DNA from: an uncultured Alphaproteobacteria bacterium
GTDB taxonomy: Bacteria > Pseudomonadota > Alphaproteobacteria > Rhodospirillales > Defluviicoccaceae
Length of the DNA: 64,000 nt
Assembly (NCBI GenBank): GCA_963746275.1
Contig: CAVVAX010000008.1
Span: forward strand, 58,532-122,531
Direction of reading: 5' to 3'
Both the position numbers and the translations under genes were made by a program. This document shows, one piece after another, positions 53,517-61,491 of this stretch (the stretch's first letter is position 1; every line of letters starts with the position of its first letter). Under the pieces are notes generated by a model, which was given only the letters and a program-made list of their open reading frames with translations, had not been told where the DNA came from and made no database searches.

Positions 53517-54663
53517 ATGATTGGGTTCGGCGGGCTCTCCCGCCTCATTGCCGGCATGGCGGTGCTGGCCGCCATGATCCTGGGGGCGGACGCGACGGCT
53601 GCGACGCCCGCTGGCCCGGCCGCTGCGGTGGCGCTGCCGCGCCTGCCGGCGCCGCTCGGCCTGAGCTTCGGCATGCGGCCCGAGGAGGTTCCGCTGCCGG
53701 TCGTCGTTCCACCGCCGCCGCTGGGGGTGGTGACGCCGCCCCGCCCGCCCGTGAATGCGTCTGCACCGCGGTCAACGAGTTATCGGCCAGCCGCGGCGCC
53801 AACCGCGCTGTTCTCTTCGGCAGCACCCGTCACCGGCGCGAACACACCTGCCACGCCACCGCCGCGACCCGCCAGCGAAGTCCTGCCGCGGCAGGCTTCC
53901 CAGGACGGCCTCGGCGACTACCTGCGGGCCTGCGAGGCCGCCTTCGACAGCGTCTCGGCGCTGGCCGCCTTCGACCAAAAGTGGCTGGCCTGGCGAGCAC
54001 AGCACCTGCGCGGCGGGGAGGGCGACCGACTTCGCCGATGATCTCCCCGATCGCACGGGGGTCGCCGTCGCTCCGGCGCCGGCGCGGGCTGGCGAAGCCG
54101 CCGGCTGGCGCAGCGCCGGGCTCTATCGCTTCGACGGCGCCGACGGCCGGCGCGTGGTCTGCCTGCTGTTCACCGCCGACGGGCTGGCGCAGGTGTTCCT
54201 GGCCGGCCATGGCCTGGATGGGCTCCGCGACGATGTCATATCCCGGCTCGAGGACCAGCCTCGGCTGGAAGGCTTCGGCCTCACCCGCGAGGCCAGACGG
54301 TTTTCGCTCTCGCTGCGGCGTCCGGCCTGCGGCCTCTACTGTCGGCTGTTCGGCGAGCGGATGCTGGTGGAGCGGCGGCTGTGGCTGGACCCGCGGACGC
54401 GGATCCTGGTCGCGGCCAAGCGGGGCGTTGTCGTCTCCGGGTTCGCCGGGCTCTTTGCCGGCGGGGAGCAGAGCGAGGTGTCCGACGGGATCACCGACAG
54501 CTTCCTCGCCTCCATCGACCTCCACCGCCGCGCCTTCGTCCCGCGCCGGCCCTGGGTGTCCGGGTGGGCGAGCCGCCTGGGCGCCTCTCAGGCCGCGCCA
54601 GCCTTCGCGCCTCCGCCGGCGGGGACGTCGCGAAAGGCGCTGGTGGAAAGCTTCGTGCCGTAG
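53517..54663 (+). pseudogene. hypothetical secreted protein with Pro-rich linker; one frame break (53990-54025)
   Basis: Signal-peptide-like MIGFGGLSRLIAGMAVLAAMILGADA and a Pro-rich segment. Continues from ...DQKWLAWRAQHLRGGEG into ATDFADDLPDRTG...GLYRFDGADGRRVVCLLFTADGLAQVFL... (ORF 53755-54663). No family recognised. Confidence 0.5.
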
Positions 54664-54664
54664 C

Positions 54665-55381
54665 TCAGCCGCCGGCAGGATCCGCCTTGGCCAGGGCCGC
54701 CTGCGCCTCGGCCTTCTCGTTTGCATCGAGGAGCGCTGCGGCGAAGTCGCGGTTGAGCTCGGCCCCCGGTTGGCCCTGCCGGACCGCCCGCTCCAGCCAG
54801 ACGTAGGCCTGCCGAGGATCGCGGCGGACGCCCTCGCCGTTGAGGTACATCAGTCCGAGACTGTTCTGCGCCGGCGCGTAGCCCTGGCGCGCCGCCCGTT
54901 CAAGCCACGTCGCCGCCTCCCGTGGATCGTGGGGGACGCCGCGGCCGGCCTTGTACATCCGCCCGAGGCTGTTCTGCGCCTCCGGAGAGCCGGCTTCGGC
55001 GGCCTCCCGGAAGAGCGCCGCCGCTCGCCGCGGGTCAGGGGCGGAAACGCCGAGGCCGTCGTCGTGGAGGATGGCGAGGTTGACCTGGGCGCCAGCGTGG
55101 CCCTGCTTCGCCGCCCGGTCGTACCAGGCGATCGCCTCGCGGTAATCGCGCTCGACGCCGAGGCCATTGGCGTAGGCCCAGCCCAGGGCTTGCTGCGCAT
55201 CGGCATTGCCGAGCCGGGCGGCGTCCGCCCAGAGCTCGCTGGCGTCCGCATAGCGCTCCCGGTCGTAGGCCTGGAGGCCTTCGCGGAAGGTGGTTTCGCT
55301 CCCGGCGCAACCGGTCAGGGCAGCCGTCGCCACTGCCAGCGCCACGGCGCGCAGCCCGTATCGTCCCATCCTCATCACCAT
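54665..55381 (-). CDS. Sel1-repeat (SLR) lipoprotein
   Basis: Lipobox ALTGC. About four SLR units (e.g. AQQALGWAYANGLGVERDYREAIAWYDRAAKQGHAGAQ and AQNSLGRMYKAGRGVPHDPREAATWLERAARQGYAPAQ). GGAG lies 8 nt upstream of the ATG. Confidence 0.85.
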   Translation of the reverse strand: MVMRMGRYGLRAVALAVATAALTGCAGSETTFREGLQAYDRERYADASELWADAARLGNADAQQALGWAYANGLGVERDYREAIAWYDRAAKQGHAGAQVNLAILHDDGLGVSAPDPRRAAALFREAAEAGSPEAQNSLGRMYKAGRGVPHDPREAATWLERAARQGYAPAQNSLGLMYLNGEGVRRDPRQAYVWLERAVRQGQPGAELNRDFAAALLDANEKAEAQAALAKADPAGG

Positions 55382-55393
55382 CTCCGCATCTCC

Positions 55394-57043
55394 TCAGCGA
55401 CCACCGCCGCCGCCGCCTCCGGCTCCACCACCACCGCCACCGCCGGCACCACCGCCGCCGTCGCCACCTCCGGCACCCCCACCGGCGCCACCGCTGCCGT
55501 CACCTCCACCGGCGCCACCGCCGGCACCACCCCCTGCACCGCCACCTCCGGCGCCACCGCCGGCGCCACCACCAGCACCGGCACCGCCGCCGCCGTCGCC
55601 ACCACCGGCACCGCCACCTCCGGCACCGGCACCGCCGGAACCCCCACCGGCGCCACCACCAGCACCGGCACCGCCGCCGTCACCCCCGCCGCCGTCACCA
55701 CCGCCGGCGCCACCACCGCCGTCACCCCCGCCGGCGCCACCACCTCCGGCACCGCCACCTCCGGCACCTCCACCGGCGCCACCACCAGCACCGGCACCGC
55801 CGCCGTCACCCCCACCGGCGCCACCACCTCCGGCACCTCCACCAGCACCCGCACCACCGCCGTCACCACCTCCGGCGCCACCTCCGGCCCACCGCTGCCG
55901 CCGTCACCACCACCGGCGCCACCGCCGCCCACCGCCGCCGTCACCACCACCCCGGCGCCGCCACCTCCGGCGCCGCCGCCGCGCCACCGCCGGAACCCCC
56001 GCCGTCGCCACCTCCAGCGCCACCACCGGCACCACCTCCGGCGCCGCCGCCAGCACCACCTCCGGAGCCGCCGCCAGACACCTGCCGCCGCCGGCACCTC
56101 CGCCAGCGCCACCACCAGCACCACCGCCGGAACCGCCGGAACCCCCACCGGCGCCACCACCAGCACCGGCACCACCGCCGCCAGAACCTCCGCCGCCGGA
56201 GCTGCCCCCAGCACTCCCGCCGCTACCACCGCTACCGCCGTCGCCCCCACCGGCGTCGGCGAGCGTGTAGCGGGGATCGCCCGGTGGAACCGCCCCGGCC
56301 TGGCCGGGAGCCGCAGGCCGGGGCGCGGGCTCGGCGGAAGCGAACGTCGCCTCCGCCCGCGTCCGCACAAAGGCCAAGCGCCCCGGCGCGGCGGCCATGA
56401 CCATCGCCGTCTGACCCGCGGGCAGCACCGATGTGTCCGCCGACCCTGTGGGCGCCACCGCTACCTGTCCCCAGGCGACGTTGGCGGCCGCCGAGGCATC
56501 GCCGACGACCATAGAGAAGCTGGAGGCGACGGCGCTGACGGTGAGCTGGGGCGTGCGCACCTGCGCCACCCGCTCGCCGTCGCCGCGGATGTCGAGCAAC
56601 AGCGTGCCACGCTGCTGCTCGATCTCGCTCAGCCCCGGCGTCGCGCCCGGGATGAGCGTGATGGCGCTGCCAGCGCCGAGGATCATCCGATAAGGGCCGC
56701 TGGCGAGCTTGATCCAGCCATCGGGACCGGTCCGCAGCGTGCCGCCGGCCGCGATCACATCCCTGCGACCGACCGGCCGGGCCTGCCCTCCGAGCTCGCC
56801 CGCGCCTGCCACCGCCGCGCCGGCGGCATCGACGACCATCCACTGATCGGCGCTAAGACCGGGTGTGCGCCACTCCCCTGCGGGCGGATCGTCAAACACC
56901 GTTTCGCTCGCGGTGCGGTCGCTACCGCGTGCCGGCCCCGCCGGCACCAACGACAGGCCGGCGAGGGACAGGGCAAGGACCGGAGCGGCGGAAACGGCAA
57001 CGCCACCGCGAATGCGGTGGCGCCGAAAGGTCGTCGTCGACAT
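55394..57043 (-). pseudogene. secreted FecR-like-domain protein with long C-terminal glycine-rich tail; five phase switches inside the tail
   Basis: ORF 55904-57043 has a signal-like N-terminus and a beta-rich region (AGGTLRTGPDGWIKLASGPYRMILGAGSAITLIP...LLLDIRGDG...VRTPQLTVSAVASSFSMVV) resembling FecR/PF04773. This is followed by (GGX)n. The Gly phase continues to a TGA at 55394-55396 (...GGGR*), in frame with the ATG (1650 nt). That stop is 12 nt before the Sel1 gene. Confidence 0.55.
55397..56255. repeat. low-complexity GGN/NCC tract (~860 nt)
   Basis: Almost unbroken NCC triplets on the plus strand, equivalent to GGN codons on the minus strand. Imperfect, with no fixed unit length. Confidence 0.9.
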
Positions 57044-57212
57044 CGAGCGCTATCCCGTCTGCGTCTTGTTGCGGCGGATCCTATTGCAACGCAGCCGCAG
57101 ACGCAATCACGAGAGGGAAGCGTTTCGGAAGCACAATCCTGGGGAGAAGTTGGCCGCGCTTCAGCGGGACGATCGTACGGGGCCTGGCTTCAGCAGAAAA
57201 CGCCTCACCGGT

Positions 57213-57440
57213 TCAGCGGTCTTCTTCCGGCGGCTCGAGCAGGCGGTGAAGGTGCACGACCACGTATTTGATGTTGGCCTCGTCGACGTGCTTCATGCTG
57301 ACGCCGCGCCATGCCGTCAAGGCCTCGGCATAGCTGGGGAAGATGCCGACCACGTCGAGCTTGTTGACGTCCTTGAAGTCGAGACCCTGAGGATCGGCGA
57401 CCTCGCCGCCGAACACCAGATGCAAAAGGCTTTCGCCCAT
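57213..57440 (-). CDS. DUF4170 domain protein
   Basis: 75 aa: LHLVFGGEVADPQGLDFKDVNKLDVVGIFPSYAEALTAWRGVSMKHVDEANIKYVVVHLHRL. Matches my memory of the small alphaproteobacterial DUF4170 family. Confidence 0.7.
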   Translation of the reverse strand: MGESLLHLVFGGEVADPQGLDFKDVNKLDVVGIFPSYAEALTAWRGVSMKHVDEANIKYVVVHLHRLLEPPEEDR

Positions 57441-57526
57441 CGCCTTCCTCCGCTTGCCGGCGTTTCCACTGGCCGGCGCGCCGGGAACCTCTTCGCCGAG
57501 ATCCCCGGCCGCCTCGCCGCGGCAGG

Positions 57527-58363
57527 CTAGCTCGCCGGCCGCTGCAGCTCGATGCGAACCCGCCGGTTCTGCGGCTCGCGTTCGTTCGCACCGGTCGGGA
57601 CGATCAGCACGTCCTCGCCCTGACCCTGGGTGGTGATGATGTCGGCGGCAACGCCGTTCCTCACCAGCTCCTCCTTCACCGCGTCGGCGCGGCGTTCCGA
57701 CAGGCGCATGTTGTACTTGGCGTTGCCGGAGGTGTCGGTGAAGCCGGTGACGACGACGCTCTTGGCGCCGGATGACTTGATGGCCTCCGCCGCATCGCGG
57801 ACGATCGCCTGCGCTTCCGGCGGCATTCCCGCCCGATCCCAGTCGAAGAACAGGAGGAAGCTGTTGGCAACCGCGGTCTGCCCGAGCGCCGCGTCCACCT
57901 CGTCCATGGCGTTAAGATGGCCGCTGCGGCAGGTGGTGATGTCGGCCTGGATGGTGTTTGCCGCCTGCTTCTGCATCCAGCAGTCGAGGTAGACCTGGGC
58001 CCTGGCGGCGGCCACCGGCGACTTGACCTTGGCACTTGCATCCAGTGCACGGACGAGCCGGGCGCGCGCATCCGTGAGCTCGCCGACCTTGTCGCCCGGC
58101 AGATCCCAGTCGGAAACCGCGCTCGGCGCCGGGGCCGTCCCTTGCGCCGCCGTCATCGACTTCTCTGCCCACAGATCGGACGCTGTGTAGGAGCCGCCGT
58201 TGTAAGAGAGCTGGGACCGCTCCAGGTAGCTCTTGGCCAGCGCGGTCGTGAACGCGTCGCCGCTGGGCGCGGCCTTGCGGGCGTCGGCCAACTGCGTGCC
58301 GGCGCACCCCGCGAGCATGAGCAGGGAGAGGCCGCACGCGGCCATCCTCACAGCGCCTGTCAT
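57527..58363 (-). CDS. OmpA-family (peptidoglycan-binding) lipoprotein
   Basis: Lipobox LLMLAGC. C-terminal OmpA-like domain FFDWDRAGMPPEA...VVVTGFTDTSGNAKYNMRLSERRADAVKEELV...NRRVRIEL. Strong SD GAGGAGGA upstream. Confidence 0.85.
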   Translation of the reverse strand: MTGAVRMAACGLSLLMLAGCAGTQLADARKAAPSGDAFTTALAKSYLERSQLSYNGGSYTASDLWAEKSMTAAQGTAPAPSAVSDWDLPGDKVGELTDARARLVRALDASAKVKSPVAAARAQVYLDCWMQKQAANTIQADITTCRSGHLNAMDEVDAALGQTAVANSFLLFFDWDRAGMPPEAQAIVRDAAEAIKSSGAKSVVVTGFTDTSGNAKYNMRLSERRADAVKEELVRNGVAADIITTQGQGEDVLIVPTGANEREPQNRRVRIELQRPAS

Positions 58364-58385
58364 GGTTATCCTCCTCGATATCCCG

Positions 58386-58412
58386 CCGGCGACATCCCGC
58401 GCCGGATTTTTT
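58386..58412 (+). terminator. intrinsic-terminator-like hairpin plus T6, plus-strand orientation
   Basis: CCGGCG (58386-58391) / CGCCGG (58400-58405), 8-nt loop, then ATTTTTT (58406-58412). Lies 23-49 nt upstream of the ompA-like ATG on the opposite strand. Confidence 0.3.
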
Positions 58413-58639
58413 CGACATTATCGCCGTCCGCGCCATCTTGTGGGCGCGTGCAGGTTGTACGCCCGGCGCAGCGCCTCGTCCATCCTGGACCGGATGGCGG
58501 CCGCTTGAACAGATCGCTTGCTGTTGGAAGGGGAGTTCTTGGAGAGGAGGTCGCCGCGGGCCGGCCACGCGGCCCCCTCGTGGCGAGCGGATGCGGGCGC
58601 GGCGCCTCCCTACCGTCAGCGGAAGGCGCCGCCGCTCCG

Positions 58640-59116
58640 TTACTTGGTCATTTCTTCGACTTTTTCGCCGACCGCGCGCCCGGCGTCCTTAACCGCGTCG
58701 TACGCGTCCTGCCCGGCCTCCTTTGCGGCCTGGCCGAGATCGGAAGCGGCGTCGCCCGTCTCTTCCGCGGCTTCGTCGCCCGTCCGTGCGGCCTCGTCTG
58801 CGGCGTCATTGGCCTCCTCGGCGGCCTTGTCGCCCGTCCGTGCGGCCTCGTCTGCAGCATCGTTGGCCTCCTCGGAAGCCTTATCGGCGGCCGTGGCGGC
58901 CTCGTCGCCGGCTTCCTCGGCCTTCTCGCCGGCCTTCTCGGCCGCCGCCTTGCTCTCCTCGGCGGCCTTCTCGCTGGCGCTCTTAGCGTCCTCGGTCGTT
59001 TGGGTGGTCGTCGAGGTCTCCGACTTCGGCGCGTCATCGCACGCGGCGAGCGCTCCGGCGACGACGAGGCCTGCCGCGAGCAGCGGCAGCCTGGTCAACA
59101 GCTTGTTCATGCTCAT
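58640..59116 (-). CDS. acidic Ala/Glu/Asp-rich lipoprotein with internal tandem repeat
   Basis: Lipobox GALAAC and AAGGAG upstream. Low-complexity helical sequence with a duplicated EEANDAADEAARTGD unit. Confidence 0.65.
   Translation of the reverse strand: MSMNKLLTRLPLLAAGLVVAGALAACDDAPKSETSTTTQTTEDAKSASEKAAEESKAAAEKAGEKAEEAGDEAATAADKASEEANDAADEAARTGDKAAEEANDAADEAARTGDEAAEETGDAASDLGQAAKEAGQDAYDAVKDAGRAVGEKVEEMTK
58776..58883. repeat. 2 x 54-bp tandem duplication inside the lipoprotein gene
   Basis: Units 58776-58829 and 58830-58883 differ at 6 of 54 positions. Confidence 0.85.
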
Positions 59117-59576
59117 CTTTGCGCCTTCTCCTTGCTAGGCTGTGGATCGATAGACTGTCGCTGGGGCCGTCGCGGCAGCGCGGAGCCTGCCTGTCCGTGC
59201 GCCGGCCTCGACGTCATCAGCCGCAGACAAACTATCGCCCGGCCCGCCGGCTCAAGGCCAGGGCGCCGAGCAAAGCAAAGTCTGCATAACATGAAGGCGG
59301 GAGGCGGCAAAATGTATAAGGCGTAATGTTGCCGGAAAATGATCGCACCACGCGAGGCGCGGGCGCGCGCATTACCCGTCATTGCCCCGTTCGACTTTCC
59401 CGATCCGGTGAACCGTCGGCAGCTTCTCACCGTCCCGGGCACGCCCGCGCCCACAGGTGCATTCAGAGCTGCGGAAGCCGATGCGGATTCGCCGCCAAGC
59501 CGGGAACATCCGCGCTTTTCAGCCTGGAGATTTGTCCGCTATCATCAAACAACCGTTGGATCGGAAGGGCAGGGCC

Positions 59577-60128
59577 ATGGACGAGGTAGCGCCGAAAATC
59601 GGCAGGCAGACAGCGGCGGCTGGCACGCCGGTTCCCGATGCGACGCCGACGGCGCTCCGGCCCCAGGTCCTCTCCCTGGCGCTGCAGCGGCACGAGACCT
59701 GGCTCGGCTCGGGCTGGGAACTCGGCGCGCGCGCCGACCTGCATGGGGCGGACCTTCATGGCGCCGGACTTGTCGGCGCGGTCCTGGAGATCGCCGACCT
59801 GCATGACGCCGACCTGCATCGCGCGGCGCTCGGCGATGCCGACCTGGAGGGAGCCGATCTGCATCGCGCCGACCTGCACCGGGCCGACCTGCACGGGGCG
59901 CAACTGAGCTGGGCCGATCTGCAGGGCGCGGACCTGCACGGCGCCGACCTGAGCGGCGGGATGCTCTGCGACGCGGACCTGCGCGGCGCCGACTGCCATG
60001 GCGCCGACCTGACCGGCGCCGACCTGCAGGGGGCGGACCTGCGCGGCGCCGACCTCCGCCGGGCGCGGGGCCTGACGCAGACGCAGATCGCCTCGGCGAT
60101 CGTCGACGGCTTCACAAAGCTTCCCTGA
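59577..60128 (+). CDS. pentapeptide-repeat protein
   Basis: About 20 consecutive A(D/N)LXX units (ADLHGADLHGAGLVGAVLEIADLHDADLHRA...ADLQGADLRGADLRRA). I prefer the ATG at 59577 (GGAAGGGCAGGG upstream) over 59457. Confidence 0.8.
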   Translation: MDEVAPKIGRQTAAAGTPVPDATPTALRPQVLSLALQRHETWLGSGWELGARADLHGADLHGAGLVGAVLEIADLHDADLHRAALGDADLEGADLHRADLHRADLHGAQLSWADLQGADLHGADLSGGMLCDADLRGADCHGADLTGADLQGADLRGADLRRARGLTQTQIASAIVDGFTKLP

Positions 60129-60154
60129 AGCTGCCGGGGCGACGGGCCGCGGGT

Positions 60155-60965
60155 TCAGGTCAGGGTAAAGGCGGGCGCGGGGATGGCCGTCGCCGCCAGC
60201 GCCAGCTCGCACCACACCGGCGTGTGATCCGAGGTCTTGTCCCAGCCCCTCGGCTCGCGGTCGATCCCGACGCCGGCAAGCCGGTCGGCGGCCTGCGGCG
60301 ACAGCAGGATGTGGTCGATCCTGAGCCCATGGTCCGCCTGCCAGCAACGGCCGCGGTAGTCCCACCAAGTGTACTGGCCATCCTCATCGCGCAGCGCCCG
60401 CAGGGCATCGGTGTAGCCGAGATGCAGCAGCCGGCGGTAGCCGGCGCGGGCGGCAGGCTGGCAGAGGGCGTCGTCGCGCCAGGTCCTCGGGTCGTAGACG
60501 TCGCCGTCGGTGGGCGCGACGTTGTAGTCGCCGGCGAAGACGCAAGCCTCCTCGTCGGCCAGCGCCGGCCGCCATGTGGGCGTAGAGCCGGTCGAGCCAG
60601 GCGAGCTTGTAGGCGAAGCGGTCGCCGCCGGCGGGGTTCCCGTTCGGCGCGTAGATCGAGGCGGCGCGGATGCCGCCGGTGAACACCTCGATGTAGCGGG
60701 CTTCCGCATCGTCCGGATCACCCGGCAGGCGCGTCGCCAGCACCTCGATCGGCCGCTTGGAGAGGACGGCGACGCCGTTGTAGCTCTTCTGCCCGACGGC
60801 GGCGGCGTTGTAGCCGAACTCGCCCAGCGCGAGCGCCGGGAATTCGCCGTCGACGGCCTTGGTCTCCTGAAGCAGGACGACGTCAGGCTCGGCCCGGCGC
60901 AGCCACGCCAGCACCACCGGCAGGCGCGCCTTGATCGAGTTCACGTTCCAGGTCGCGACCTTCAT
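60155..60965 (-). pseudogene. xthA: exodeoxyribonuclease III; one frame break (~60570)
   Basis: MKVATWNVNSIKARLP, VVLLQETK. Then FAGDYNVAPTDGDVYDP, WWDYR, RIDHILLS, SDHTPVW in ORF 60155-60721. Confidence 0.85.
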
Positions 60966-60983
60966 CGCCGCCGAGGCCACGGG

Positions 60984-61342
60984 TCAGATCGAGAAGGAGG
61001 AGCCGCAGCCGCAGGTGGACGTGGCGTTCGGGTTGCGGATGGCGAAATAGGAGCCGATCAGGTCCTCGACGAAAGTCGACCTCGGAGCCCGCGCAGCAGG
61101 TCGAGCGAAACCTCGTCGATGACGACGCCGACGTCGCCGCGGCGGAAGACCCGGTCGTCGGGGTTGTGCTGATCGTCCAGGCTGAAGCCGTACTGGAAGC
61201 CGGAGCAGCCGCCGCCCGAAACCGAGACCCGGAACATCATCCCCGGCGTCCCGTCCTCGCCGACCAGCGCGGCGATGCGCCGGACCGCCGCCTCGGAAAT
61301 GCGGACGTCGTCTGCGACCTGCTCAACGGAATGATCGGCCAT
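60984..61342 (-). pseudogene. erpA: A-type iron-sulfur cluster insertion protein (ErpA/IscA family); two frame breaks (61071, 61087)
   Basis: [14 protein letters not shown]...[13 protein letters not shown], then SEVDF, then [28 protein letters not shown] in successive frames. Confidence 0.78.
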
Positions 61343-61491
61343 TCTGTCCTCGTTCGCGAAAGCCCTCGTCGGGCACCCGTTATGTGGCCTGAAGCGCGAG
61401 CCGAGTCAAAGCCCTGCGCCGGCCGCACGCCTGATCCACGCCTGACGAGCCGCATTGCACCCGGCGTGCCACGTTGGGTACTGTCGCGGCC

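Noticed and set aside
55397-56255. The repetitive tract as a CRISPR array or minisatellite.
   Set aside because: There are no repeat-spacer units of fixed length. It is a triplet-periodic low-complexity coding tract.
57044-57212. ECF/EcfG-type promoter (GAAAC-N18-CGTC) upstream of the FecR-like gene, plus an imperfect long hairpin at 57058-57108.
   Set aside because: The match to GGAAC-N16/17-CGTT is poor in both sequence and spacing. The hairpin has several mismatches. Neither is strong enough to report.
53981-57271. Giant plus-strand ORF (1096 aa) and the plus-strand Pro-rich ORF 55290-56270 (PPPAPPP...).
   Set aside because: Both run antisense to the Sel1 and FecR-like genes, which have clear family signatures, signal peptides and an SD. 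The Pro-rich frame is simply the complement of the GGN tract (NCC triplets). Long stop-free antisense frames are expected at this GC content.
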